Shown: positions 29,139-38,601 of the stretch, piece after piece
Numbering within the stretch: the first letter of the stretch is position 1
Layout of the letters: every line of letters begins with the position of its first letter
Assembly (NCBI GenBank): GCA_934130285.1
Contig: CAKOXT010000006.1
Location: forward strand, 19,115-83,114
Length of the DNA stretch: 64,000 nucleotides
Source of the DNA: an uncultured Clostridia bacterium
Lineage (GTDB): Bacteria; Bacillota; Clostridia; TANB77; CAG-508
Direction of reading: 5' to 3'
Notes under the pieces: generated by a model
What the model saw: the letters and a program-made list of their open reading frames with translations, nothing else
Told to the model about the DNA's origin: nothing
The model's database searches: none
Translations under genes and position numbers: made by a program

Positions 29139-29432
29139 TTATTTCTCGCCATCTAGTGTCCTCCTAGCTATATGCTTAAATTCTTCATGAGAATAATATC
29201 TAGTATTAGGATCATCAATTTCTTTATCTGATTCATCCAATGATTTTTCAATATATTCTTCATATTCCTTATCACTAATTAATTTAGAATACTTTTCTAG
29301 ACTCAATACAACCATTGAACCATAACCATTTTTAGTTAAATAAACAGCCTCATCCTCTTTTAAAACTAATTTTTCTATCTCAGGATACTTATTTCTCAAA
29401 TCTGATACCGGTCTTATATTTATCATTTTCAT
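29139..29432 (-). CDS. Phd/YefM-family antitoxin-like protein (orphan, no adjacent toxin)
   Basis: The N-terminus IRPVSDLRNKYPEIEKLVLKEDEAVYLTKNGYGSMVVLSLEKYSKL matches the Phd/YefM fold pattern. No toxin ORF lies upstream or downstream. Confidence 0.5.
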   Translation of the reverse strand: MKMINIRPVSDLRNKYPEIEKLVLKEDEAVYLTKNGYGSMVVLSLEKYSKLISDKEYEEYIEKSLDESDKEIDDPNTRYYSHEEFKHIARRTLDGEK

Positions 29433-29567
29433 CTTCCTTTCAAAATATTATCATTATTCTATCATTATTTTATGATATTTTCAACATTTTATTTAACAAT
29501 ATTATCTTGCACAAACATTTCTCAACTTTTTAGCTCCACCCACATATACTAAAATTAGGTGATAAAT

Positions 29568-30695
29568 ATGGAAACACTAAAACTAGGTTCTACCGGAACC
29601 ATTGTGCAATACCTTCAAAGCACATTAAAAACACTAGGTTTCTACTCTGGAAATATTGACGGAATCTTTGGAAATCAAACAAAAAATTCAGTAATAGTTT
29701 TTCAAAGAGAATTTGGAATATCAGCAGACGGAATAGTAGGACCAAACACTTGGAACAAACTTTCTTCATTTTTTTACATCGTTCCTACAAATATTTCTTA
29801 TGGCTCAAATATACTAGACATCAATTTAAAAGGATTTCAATCAAAATTTCCATTTTTAGAGCAAGGTAATATTGGATACTCTGTTTTAGGTCAAGGCTTA
29901 AAATACATTAAATTTGGGCGTGGAAACAAGCAAATTTTTTATAGTGCTTCTATTCATGCAAACGAATGGATCAATAGTGTATTATTAATGAAATTTCTTG
30001 AAAATTTATCTTTAGCATATTTAAATAACTCTACAATATGGGGAGTTCCAGCATCTTATTTATTTAATAACTATTCTCTTTACCTTGTCCCAATGGTCAA
30101 CCCAGATGGAGTTGACTTAGTTGTAGGTAATTTGACCAAACATAACCCACAAAAATATGAATATACTAAACGTCTATCACAAAATTACCCTCAAGTTCCA
30201 TTTCCACAAGGCTGGAAAGCAAATATAAATGGTATTGATTTAAATCTACAGTTTCCAGCAGAATGGGAAACCGCTAGAAAGAACAAATTTGCTCAAGGTT
30301 ACACAAAACCCGGTCCACGAGACTACGTTGGAACTGCTCCACTTGTAGCACCAGAAGCTTTGGCATTATATAATTTTACTTTACAAAAAAATTTTTCTCT
30401 AATTCTAGCCTATCACACACAAGGAGAAACAATATATTGGAAATTTTTGAATTATCTTCCTCCAAATTCATATGAAATAGGACGACATTTTAGTCAAGTA
30501 AGTGGCTATTTATTAGAAAATACTCCTTATACTTCAGGTTTTGCAGGATACAAAGATTGGTTTATTCAAAACTATAAATTACCAGGATATACAATAGAAA
30601 GTGGTCTCGGAGAAAATCCATTACCAATATCTCAATTTCAAGATATCTATAGCAAAAATATTGGAATTTTAATTCTTGGAATGTTATTAATTTAA
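29568..30695 (+). CDS. peptidoglycan-binding domain + M14 zinc carboxypeptidase (gamma-D-glutamyl-meso-diaminopimelate peptidase-like)
   Basis: N-terminal PG_binding_1-like repeat (GSTGTIVQYLQSTLKTLGFYSGNIDGIFGNQT) and the M14 HANEW motif. The SD is AGGTGA. The start is the ATG at 29568. The track start at 29559 is GTG. Confidence 0.8.
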   Translation: METLKLGSTGTIVQYLQSTLKTLGFYSGNIDGIFGNQTKNSVIVFQREFGISADGIVGPNTWNKLSSFFYIVPTNISYGSNILDINLKGFQSKFPFLEQGNIGYSVLGQGLKYIKFGRGNKQIFYSASIHANEWINSVLLMKFLENLSLAYLNNSTIWGVPASYLFNNYSLYLVPMVNPDGVDLVVGNLTKHNPQKYEYTKRLSQNYPQVPFPQGWKANINGIDLNLQFPAEWETARKNKFAQGYTKPGPRDYVGTAPLVAPEALALYNFTLQKNFSLILAYHTQGETIYWKFLNYLPPNSYEIGRHFSQVSGYLLENTPYTSGFAGYKDWFIQNYKLPGYTIESGLGENPLPISQFQDIYSKNIGILILGMLLI

Positions 30696-30928
30696 TCCCC
30701 AAATAAAAGCATTTGTTACTTCAATACAATCAAATGCTTTTATTTCTACCATTATTTTCTTAATTTCTAAAACAAATATATAAACACACATTAACGATAA
30801 CCATTAATGATTTATATATTTGTATTCTAACGAGTCTCCCTCAAAAAAAAATAAACCCAAATCGTTGAACTTTTTTGTCTAACAATTTGGATTCACTTTA
30901 TAACTCATATATTTCTTTTTATTATATT

Positions 30929-32254
30929 TTATTGACTAATTGATGTTGAAGTTTCAAAACTTGTACGATCGAAATTTGTATTACTTGGTAATATTACATT
31001 TTGTATTGATCTACAACCAGTAAAAGCATACGCACCTATCTCTGTCAAATATATATTTTTTCTAAAATCAAGTGTTCCGCAAATACTTGCTGAATTATAA
31101 AAAGCATAAGTGTCTATTTTTTTCAATTTAGAAGGAAATTCTTTATTTCCAGAAATATTTGGCCAAGACTCTTCTAAAGAATCTGTGCTTACTATTGTCA
31201 TATTGCCATTTACACATCCTGCAAAAGCACCTTCTGGAATAATCTCTACATTATTATTAAATACTATTAACTGCAAATCCCTATTTCCATAAAACGCATA
31301 TTTTCCAATTGCTGTTGTATCAATCCAAACATATTTTAAGTGACTACAATTAGCAAAAATTCCTTGAGATGCAGAATTCGCATCAGGTATTGTAGAATAT
31401 GGTCCAAAATGAATTTGATCAACTTCTTTGAAACCTCTAAATGCCTCTAAGTCCATCTCTCTTGCATCACAATAGAAATAATTAGTATTAGTATTTGATG
31501 AAAAGCTTTCTGCCACAACCCTTTGGATTGTATTTGGAATTCTTAACTCTTTAATATTTGATACAGAACTAAATGCCCCTTTAGCAATACCAGAAACAGG
31601 ATCGCCATTAGGTTGATATGCCGGTATAACCATCTTATTCCAGTTATTATAATTACTATAATAACTATCATTTCTATGTGAATTACAATAATTCACATTT
31701 ACACCTGTTATATATCCTTCACTATTATACAAGAAAAAGTTTGAAATTACTTCTGATTCTGAATAACATTCTTCTTCCCAATCTGGAATATTTAAATTAG
31801 CTTCTAACTCATCAAAAGTTTCTTTTGGCCTAGGATAAATTTTTCCAGATAACTTAATAGGATCAATAGCATATACCGTATGTGTAGCATCATTAATATA
31901 GTAAGTTGTATCATATGCTATATTAACATTTATTTTAGAAGTATCAACTTTATAATAATCATCTGAATCATTTGGATTAAAAAATTCTGTATCACCTAAC
32001 ATATCTACTCTATGTTTTAATCTCTGAGAATCGTCTTCCCCACAAATAGGCAATACTCCATTGTTTTCTAAATAGTATATTTGAGCCTTATTTTCTATCT
32101 CTTCTATATCAGCTCTCATATTACCGAATTGCTCCATCTGTATAGAATTTCTCGCATAAAAAGTCACAACTGATAATATAATGGTAATTACAATAATCAT
32201 CAAAGTAACTGTAATTATTGTAACACCTCTTTCATTTGATAAACTTTTTTTCAT
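30929..32254 (-). CDS. membrane-anchored leucine-rich-repeat (BspA-type LRR) surface protein
   Basis: N-terminal TM. C-terminal repeats of the GAF..C..L..I.IP..V..IG..AF type (IGKYAFYGNRDLQLIVFNNNVEIIPEGAFAGC, IGAYAFTGCRSIQNVILP). It begins 15 bp downstream of the tagO-like gene. Confidence 0.6.
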   Translation of the reverse strand: MKKSLSNERGVTIITVTLMIIVITIILSVVTFYARNSIQMEQFGNMRADIEEIENKAQIYYLENNGVLPICGEDDSQRLKHRVDMLGDTEFFNPNDSDDYYKVDTSKINVNIAYDTTYYINDATHTVYAIDPIKLSGKIYPRPKETFDELEANLNIPDWEEECYSESEVISNFFLYNSEGYITGVNVNYCNSHRNDSYYSNYNNWNKMVIPAYQPNGDPVSGIAKGAFSSVSNIKELRIPNTIQRVVAESFSSNTNTNYFYCDAREMDLEAFRGFKEVDQIHFGPYSTIPDANSASQGIFANCSHLKYVWIDTTAIGKYAFYGNRDLQLIVFNNNVEIIPEGAFAGCVNGNMTIVSTDSLEESWPNISGNKEFPSKLKKIDTYAFYNSASICGTLDFRKNIYLTEIGAYAFTGCRSIQNVILPSNTNFDRTSFETSTSISQ

Positions 32255-32269
32255 ATTAATTTTCTCCTA

Positions 32270-33385
32270 TTACTTTTCCTCTGTTTTTTCTTCATTATCA
32301 TCAACTTTAATTTCTTCAAAAAATTCTCTAAAACCTAGTGCAAATACAGCAATTACAATAAGTAAAAATGATAACGCTTTCCAAACGCCACTTTCTAGTA
32401 GGATAATTGCAAACATTCCTAAAGAAGCACTTATACAATATAAAATCATGACAGCCTCTTTTTGAGAAAATCCTTTTTTCAATAACTTATGATGCAAATG
32501 ACCAGCATCAGGCTTCATAATAGCTTTAAGAGACTTATTTTTTACAACCCTTCTAATAATTGCAAAAACAGTATCAAATATTGGTAATCCTAAAATAATT
32601 ATCGGTAAAACAACAACTAATGCAGTATATGTCTTAGCCACACCCAATATTGAAATTACAGCTAATGAATATCCTAAAAAGTTTGAACCTGTATCTCCAA
32701 TAAAAGTTTTAGCAGGATTTAAGTTATATGGTAAAAATCCAACTAAAGCACCAATTAAAGATGTAATCATTATAATAGCCAATACTGGTGAATTACTTAA
32801 TGAAAATACAATAAGCATTGATACACATGAAATTATAGATATACCAGATGATAAACCATCTAACCCATCTATCAAATTAATTGCATTTGTTATACCAACT
32901 ATCCATCCAATTGTAACTATTGTTGAAACAGTATTTAAGAAATTAGTTGAATCTGCAAATTTTTGAAAAAATTCTATATTTGTTATATCAATTCTAATTC
33001 CTGAAGCAACAACTGCAGATGCAGCAAGTATTTGCACAATCAATTTTGTAACCGCTGACAATCCTTTAACATCATCTATAAAGCATGTACAAACAATTAA
33101 TGCCATCCCTATAAAAAATCCGCATAATTTTAAATGATAATTTCCATCTGTTAAATTAATCTGATTTTCTAATGTTAAACTTACTAACAAATAAATTATT
33201 GATACTAAGAAGCCACATACAACAGCCACTCCTCCAAGTCTTGGCATTACAACCTTGTTAATTCTTCTTTCATCTTTTGGATTATCAACTGCTCCAAGTT
33301 TTTTTGCAAGCTTAATCGTTTTGGGTGTAATCATAAACGCCGTAATAAAAGCAAGCAAAAATGCAATAATAATATCACCCCACAT
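32270..33385 (-). CDS. tagO: glycosyltransferase family 4 (MraY/WecA/TagO-like undecaprenyl-phosphate N-acetylhexosamine-1-phosphate transferase)
   Basis: About 11 TM segments, with the motifs NPKDERRINKVVMPRLGG and DDVKGL. It begins 11 bp downstream of rpiB. Confidence 0.8.
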   Translation of the reverse strand: MWGDIIIAFLLAFITAFMITPKTIKLAKKLGAVDNPKDERRINKVVMPRLGGVAVVCGFLVSIIYLLVSLTLENQINLTDGNYHLKLCGFFIGMALIVCTCFIDDVKGLSAVTKLIVQILAASAVVASGIRIDITNIEFFQKFADSTNFLNTVSTIVTIGWIVGITNAINLIDGLDGLSSGISIISCVSMLIVFSLSNSPVLAIIMITSLIGALVGFLPYNLNPAKTFIGDTGSNFLGYSLAVISILGVAKTYTALVVVLPIIILGLPIFDTVFAIIRRVVKNKSLKAIMKPDAGHLHHKLLKKGFSQKEAVMILYCISASLGMFAIILLESGVWKALSFLLIVIAVFALGFREFFEEIKVDDNEEKTEEK

Positions 33386-33396
33386 AATAAAACTCC

Positions 33397-33840
33397 TTAC
33401 TTCATATTTTCTTTTTCTATTTCTTTAATCATATTTAATCTTTCTAAATATCTTCCATTCAAAAATTCTGATTCTAACCAAGTATCAACAACTTCTATTG
33501 CATCATCAAATGAAATAAAATCTCCTGGTAAAACCAAAACATTTAAATTAGAATGTTCCTTTCCATCTTTTGCAGCCATTACAGAAGTACATATTCCAGC
33601 ACGAACGCCTTTAAACTTGTTGGCCACCATTGACATACCTATACCAGACCCACAAATTAAAATAGCCTTATCCTTCTCTTTATCCATTTTTTTGCATACC
33701 TCAGTCGCAATAATAGGATAATGAGCAATCTCTTTTGAATCTGTACCACAATCTTTAACTTCAAAATTCTTACTAATTAAATATTTCTTTATTTTTTCTT
33801 TTAATTCATAACCTCTATGGTCAGCTCCTAAAAAAATCAT
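33397..33840 (-). CDS. rpiB: ribose-5-phosphate isomerase B
   Basis: MIFLGADHRGYELK...ICGSGIGMSMVANK, a typical RpiB/LacAB pattern. Confidence 0.9.
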   Translation of the reverse strand: MIFLGADHRGYELKEKIKKYLISKNFEVKDCGTDSKEIAHYPIIATEVCKKMDKEKDKAILICGSGIGMSMVANKFKGVRAGICTSVMAAKDGKEHSNLNVLVLPGDFISFDDAIEVVDTWLESEFLNGRYLERLNMIKEIEKENMK

Positions 33841-33910
33841 CTAAAACTCCTTTTTTATCAATATATAGTAGTATATCATTGTATCCAATTCAATACAAGA
33901 TTTTAAAAAA

Positions 33911-33945
33911 CAAAAAGAGGAATAATTTCTTATTCCTCTTTTTCT
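33911..33945. terminator. bidirectional hairpin terminator (AAGAGGAATAA tttc TTATTCCTCTT flanked by A/T runs)
   Basis: It lies immediately downstream of the M23 peptidase stop (33954) on the minus strand. Confidence 0.65.
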
Positions 33946-33953
33946 AATTTTCA

Positions 33954-34964
33954 TTAAATATAACTTTGTGGGTTTAATGTACTTCCATTATATCTTATCT
34001 CAAAATGCAAGTGAGGTCCTGTTGAGTTACCTGTACTACCAACTGCAGAGATATTTTGACCTTGCGCAACTGACTGACCAGCAGATACATATAACGCACT
34101 ACAGTGTGCATAATATGTTTGGTAACCATTTCCGTGGTCTATTATAACTAAATATCCATAACTTCCTTTATATCCAGCAAATGTTACTGTACCTGAAGCA
34201 GCAGCGTAAACTGGTGTACCCGTAGAAACAGCCATATCAAGACCAGTATGGAATCCAGATGATCTATAACCATATGGTGATGTAATAATATATCCACTAA
34301 CTGGTTTCATAAAAGCAGCTCCTGTTGCAGGAATTGATGCTCCAGCTGTTCCTCTTGCAGAAGAACTTCTTGCTGAAACACTTGCAGCAGCCTTAGCAGC
34401 AGCTATTTTCTTAGCTTCTTCCGCTTGTCTTGCTTCCTCTTGTGCTTTTTCATATTCTTGAACTTTTACTTCAACATCCTTATTTATTTCTGTCTTAGCA
34501 ACTTCTGTTGTAGTCGTACTAGGATCTATTTCCTTAATATTTTTTTCTTGTTCTTCAACTTCGAGATTTAATTCTACTCCTTCAGTTACTGAACTTTTAA
34601 TTTCATTAATAACTGTTTCAGCCTCTTCTTGAGTATTAACTAAAGCTTTTTCATTTCCGTCTAATTTAATTGCATACGTTCTACATGTAATTTCAGCATT
34701 TTCCTTAATTGTAGCAAGTACTTCGCTTTCTTGTGTATCAGAAGCTTTATCATTACTTACTAATTCAAGGTCATACTCTGGCATTGCTTCGATTTTTATT
34801 GAAGTGATGTTTCCTTCCAAGTTATTTGCAAACTCTTCGATTTTCTCTTGCATTTTTCCTTTGTCTTCAACATATCCAATTACTTTACCATTTAACGTAA
34901 CTTTATACAATGGTTTATATTTAATGTAAATGAATGATGCTATTATTAAAAGACCAGCCAACAC
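33954..34964 (-). CDS. membrane-anchored M23 family metallopeptidase (paralog of 27318..28322); start codon uncertain
   Basis: HTGLDMA...GYLVIIDHGNGYQTYYAHCS...GSTGNSTGPHLHFE motifs. The annotated start is a TTG with no SD. A strong SD AAAGGAG lies upstream, but the in-frame codon at the expected start position is ATA. Confidence 0.75.
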   Translation of the reverse strand: MLAGLLIIASFIYIKYKPLYKVTLNGKVIGYVEDKGKMQEKIEEFANNLEGNITSIKIEAMPEYDLELVSNDKASDTQESEVLATIKENAEITCRTYAIKLDGNEKALVNTQEEAETVINEIKSSVTEGVELNLEVEEQEKNIKEIDPSTTTTEVAKTEINKDVEVKVQEYEKAQEEARQAEEAKKIAAAKAAASVSARSSSARGTAGASIPATGAAFMKPVSGYIITSPYGYRSSGFHTGLDMAVSTGTPVYAAASGTVTFAGYKGSYGYLVIIDHGNGYQTYYAHCSALYVSAGQSVAQGQNISAVGSTGNSTGPHLHFEIRYNGSTLNPQSYI

Positions 34965-35335
34965 GATTAGTGAGATTTTAAATAGTCTTTTTCCATAATA
35001 TTTTATACACTTACTTACTATAAATATTCACTCCTTTTCTCCTATTTTTTTCGTCACGCAAAATCTATTATACCATTTGTAGCGATTTTTATCAATTTCC
35101 ATATTTTATGGTATCCCTTTTTATATCATTTTATGCATATTTCAAGAAGTTATTTTTAAGTTTTTTCCATGGAATACTCGTCCTACCTTTCATTTTCTCT
35201 CATTTTCTCTATTATTTACCTGTTGACTTTCACTAAAAAAGCTGGAACACATCACAAAAATCGTCATTTTTCGACAAATCATATTTCTAATTTTTAGTCA
35301 AACTATACATATAAATTTAAAAAATTTTTCCAAAA

Positions 35336-35372
35336 TATAAAAAAACAAGCTACTATTATAAGTAACTTGTTT
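35336..35372 (-). terminator. terminator after the REC-GGDEF gene
   Basis: Hairpin AACAAGCTAC...GTAACTTGTT, followed on the minus strand by T7. Confidence 0.5.
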
Positions 35373-35393
35373 ACACATTTAATCCTTATCGAA

Positions 35394-36320
35394 CTATTTT
35401 TTTCTTCTATTTACAATATATGTACTACCCATTATAGATTTGGCTTGATGTTTTACTTGAGCACCAACTTCACCAATTTCCAAAGTATTTTTAAATCTTC
35501 CAGGAGTAACCTCAACTACTCCAATAGAAATAGATGTAAGTGGAAACTGTTCAATAATGCCACGTCTATTTGCAACTTCTATATACCCTTTTTCAACATC
35601 TTCATCATTATAATAGCCTAATACATATGTATCAAAATCAGAAATTATATCTCTACATATTTTTTCATAATCAGCAGCTCCTGTTATAGCAACAAAATCA
35701 TCCCCACCAATATGCCCTATAAAACTATTATCCATACCTATGTTATGAATATTATCTACTATAGTTCTAGCAGTAAATTTTATAATTTCATCGCCATTCG
35801 CAAATCCATATGTATCATTATATGCTTTGAAATTATCCAAATCAAAATAAAACATAGCAAAACGTTCTTTATTAAGTAGTCTCTTCTTCATCTCTGCTTG
35901 GATTTGAACATTTCCAGGCAATCCAGTAAGAGGACTAATTCTTCTATTATTTTGAAGTAATTTCAAAATGTTCTTAATAGTAAAATATAAATACTCTTGA
36001 TCAACAGGCTTAATTATAAAATACTCAATAGATTGTTCAAGAATTTTTATTCTATGTTCTTTTTCCCAATTAGAAGAAATTACAACAATCGGAGTTATAC
36101 TATTATCTTCATTTTCTCTGATATTCTTGCATAATTCTACAATATCTATATCTATTGTATCTTCATCAATTATTATCATATCTGGTATATTTTTTAATGC
36201 AAAATTCAATTCTTCCGTTTTTACAGAACTAAATTGATAATCTACATCATTTTTAAAAATCTGTTTTAATACATTTAACACGCTTTGCGTATTATCAATT
36301 ATATAGATATCCTGAATCAT
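35394..36320 (-). CDS. response-regulator receiver domain fused to GGDEF (diguanylate cyclase-like) domain; signature is GGDDF
   Basis: The N-terminal REC domain has DN instead of the acidic pair, plus IIID and conserved K (IIKP). The C-terminal GGDEF domain has GHIGGDDFVAI and RFAMFYFDLDNFKAYND. Confidence 0.8.
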   Translation of the reverse strand: MIQDIYIIDNTQSVLNVLKQIFKNDVDYQFSSVKTEELNFALKNIPDMIIIDEDTIDIDIVELCKNIRENEDNSITPIVVISSNWEKEHRIKILEQSIEYFIIKPVDQEYLYFTIKNILKLLQNNRRISPLTGLPGNVQIQAEMKKRLLNKERFAMFYFDLDNFKAYNDTYGFANGDEIIKFTARTIVDNIHNIGMDNSFIGHIGGDDFVAITGAADYEKICRDIISDFDTYVLGYYNDEDVEKGYIEVANRRGIIEQFPLTSISIGVVEVTPGRFKNTLEIGEVGAQVKHQAKSIMGSTYIVNRRKK

Positions 36321-36376
36321 ATTTTTCTCCTTTGTTTATCTCCTCTTATATTATATATACTAAACTAGCTTTATTT

Positions 36377-37195
36377 TCAAGATTTTTTCATATTATTTAA
36401 AAATTTTGACAAATTCTCTGAATTCATAGTTGGGAATGCTTTCTTTAATCTTGCAACCTTTCTTTCCAACTTATCTTGTAATTGTTTTTGTTTTAATTTC
36501 AATTCACCCAAAAGTTCGTCTCTATCTGCTGCATGTGAAATTTTCTTTAAAAGCTTATAGTCATTATGCAATTTTAATTCTTTTATTCCTGAAAAATTAG
36601 TAACTGTTTTAATGTTAATAGCTTCAATTTTTTTCTTGATATTTTCTGTAATCTCATTCCAATTTTTAAGTTTAATATTAATCTTAACAAGACCAATTGT
36701 TGTTATAACAGTATCTACAAGCATTACTAATATAGATAATACATCAAATATCTTTACATACATTATTGGAACTAAATCAACTAAATGTTCTACAACAGGG
36801 TGGATTCCTTTCATAAATACAATTCCTAAAACACCCCAATACATAGAATTTAGTAAACATACTCTACCATGTATATTGAATTTTTTATTAGAATAATCCC
36901 AATACTTTGTTTTAAACACGATTTCCAAGAATAATCCAACAATATATTCAAATACAGATAAAACAATAACACCAAAAGTAAACAATACAAATATATTATC
37001 TGTAACATCTTTTAGTGATAAATACATAATCATCGCACCATAACCATATATTGGGCAAATTGGTCCGTGCAAAAAACCACTATTAACAATTCTTTTTTGT
37101 AAAATAGATTTATATGTAGACTCTAAAACCCAGCCAATAAAAGCATATACCATAAAATATGCTAATAATGATACAACCTCATTCATATCAAACAT
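36377..37195 (-). CDS. polytopic membrane protein (putative ABC-transporter type IV / CmpB-like family, guess) with C-terminal coiled-coil tail
   Basis: FIGWVLES motif near the N-terminus and multiple TM segments. The family assignment is from memory, hence low confidence. Confidence 0.45.
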   Translation of the reverse strand: MFDMNEVVSLLAYFMVYAFIGWVLESTYKSILQKRIVNSGFLHGPICPIYGYGAMIMYLSLKDVTDNIFVLFTFGVIVLSVFEYIVGLFLEIVFKTKYWDYSNKKFNIHGRVCLLNSMYWGVLGIVFMKGIHPVVEHLVDLVPIMYVKIFDVLSILVMLVDTVITTIGLVKINIKLKNWNEITENIKKKIEAINIKTVTNFSGIKELKLHNDYKLLKKISHAADRDELLGELKLKQKQLQDKLERKVARLKKAFPTMNSENLSKFLNNMKKS

Positions 37196-37259
37196 ATCCT
37201 CCTATATCATTGGAATTATCACAAAAGGCGGATTTACCGCCTCCTGTTAATTATAAATA

Positions 37260-38348
37260 TTATGGATTATATTCACATTCTCCTGAATCTTCTGCATATA
37301 TTTGTTCTTCCTCGGCATACACTTTTACAGAAATTAAATTATACCCTTCCTTACAATCTAATGTAAGTTCATATTCCTTTTGTTCTTTTGGATCGTCAAA
37401 TTCTAATGTTTTTTGTTCTCCATTAAAATCATATTCTATCTTTTTTATACCGCTATCATATGCAAGTCTTACATATATCTTACTGTAATCAGGTTCTGCT
37501 GTAAATTCTATTGTAGGTTTTCCAACATATACTTCAAAAGTCTTATTATAAGATCCTGTATTTTTTGCCTTATCTACTGCTGAAATCACAATCTCATTCT
37601 CCTCTGAAGCATTAATTTGAATATTTGTTTTTATTGTATATTTATCAACTCTCTCAGTAACTTCTTGTTCCTGTCCACCATTAATTGAATATATTAATTT
37701 AGAAATTTCAGTCTCATCAGTTGCAGTAACAATTAATGTTGTTCCTTGTAACTTCACATTTAATTCTGGAGCTATTTTATCAACTCCAATATCTGTATGA
37801 TAAGATTGAATATATTTTGAAATCACATTATTTTGAGCTGTGACAGTTACAAGAATAGTTGTATCACCTTTTGGAATACCTATGTTGTCTAACTTCATTG
37901 ATGTCTCACCTTTACCTTTTTTCTGTTCTAGCTTTCCTAAAGCTTTTATTCCATCATCTGTAACAACTTCATCATCAGCTTCATCTGAAGATGTAGAACT
38001 ATCATTTCTTTCACTCTCGTATTTATCAATTTCATCAACTGTTACATTACCTCTATACCACTGATATGAAACACTTTCTATTGGTGATGAATACGTTGCT
38101 TCTATCGAAAGAATATCATCATTAGCATTTAATACAATACTTGGTCCTTGATTCAAATTAGAGGCATCTAGACTACTAGTCACCTTACTATTTTCATATA
38201 TCGAATATCCTGCTTTTCCTATAAAACATAATGCAAATAAAATCAACAAAAAAGCATATACCTTTATAATTCTTGCTGTATCTCCAGGATTTCTATGTAC
38301 TTTTGCCTTTTTAGGTCCACTATGATCTAAAATTTGGTTCAACTTCAT
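37260..38348 (-). CDS. hypothetical membrane-anchored protein with predicted extracellular beta-rich (Ig-like) region
   Basis: 362-aa ORF with an N-terminal TM (IIKVYAFLLILFALCFIG). No recognisable catalytic motif. Confidence 0.5.
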   Translation of the reverse strand: MKLNQILDHSGPKKAKVHRNPGDTARIIKVYAFLLILFALCFIGKAGYSIYENSKVTSSLDASNLNQGPSIVLNANDDILSIEATYSSPIESVSYQWYRGNVTVDEIDKYESERNDSSTSSDEADDEVVTDDGIKALGKLEQKKGKGETSMKLDNIGIPKGDTTILVTVTAQNNVISKYIQSYHTDIGVDKIAPELNVKLQGTTLIVTATDETEISKLIYSINGGQEQEVTERVDKYTIKTNIQINASEENEIVISAVDKAKNTGSYNKTFEVYVGKPTIEFTAEPDYSKIYVRLAYDSGIKKIEYDFNGEQKTLEFDDPKEQKEYELTLDCKEGYNLISVKVYAEEEQIYAEDSGECEYNP

Positions 38349-38528
38349 CCTTCCTTTCCTTATATACAGAATATTAATTCTAAATATAAATCATCTAAAC
38401 TAACTCATAAATTTATATAAAATCTCTTAATTTTTCCTAATTATATTTGTTAATATCTGTCAACTCCCATTTTGCAAAAAAATTATATCATAACTAATTT
38501 TAAATTTAAACCACTTTTAAAAAAGAAT

Positions 38529-38572
38529 TAAAAAAACTATATTTCCATAAATGCATACTCATGAAAATATAG
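38529..38572 (-). terminator. terminator after pcrA (CTATATTT...AAATATAG stem followed by T7 on minus strand)
   Basis: The hairpin lies about 30 nt downstream of the pcrA stop. Confidence 0.45.
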
Positions 38573-38601
38573 CTTTTTCCACATATTAATTTATCAATTT
38601 T

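Noticed and set aside
30929-31000. N-terminus of the LRR protein (MKKSLSNERGVTIITVTLMIIV) as a type IV prepilin signal
   Set aside because: It lacks the G|F/M-T-L-x-E pattern, with no Glu at +5 and no Phe/Met after Gly. More likely an ordinary signal anchor.
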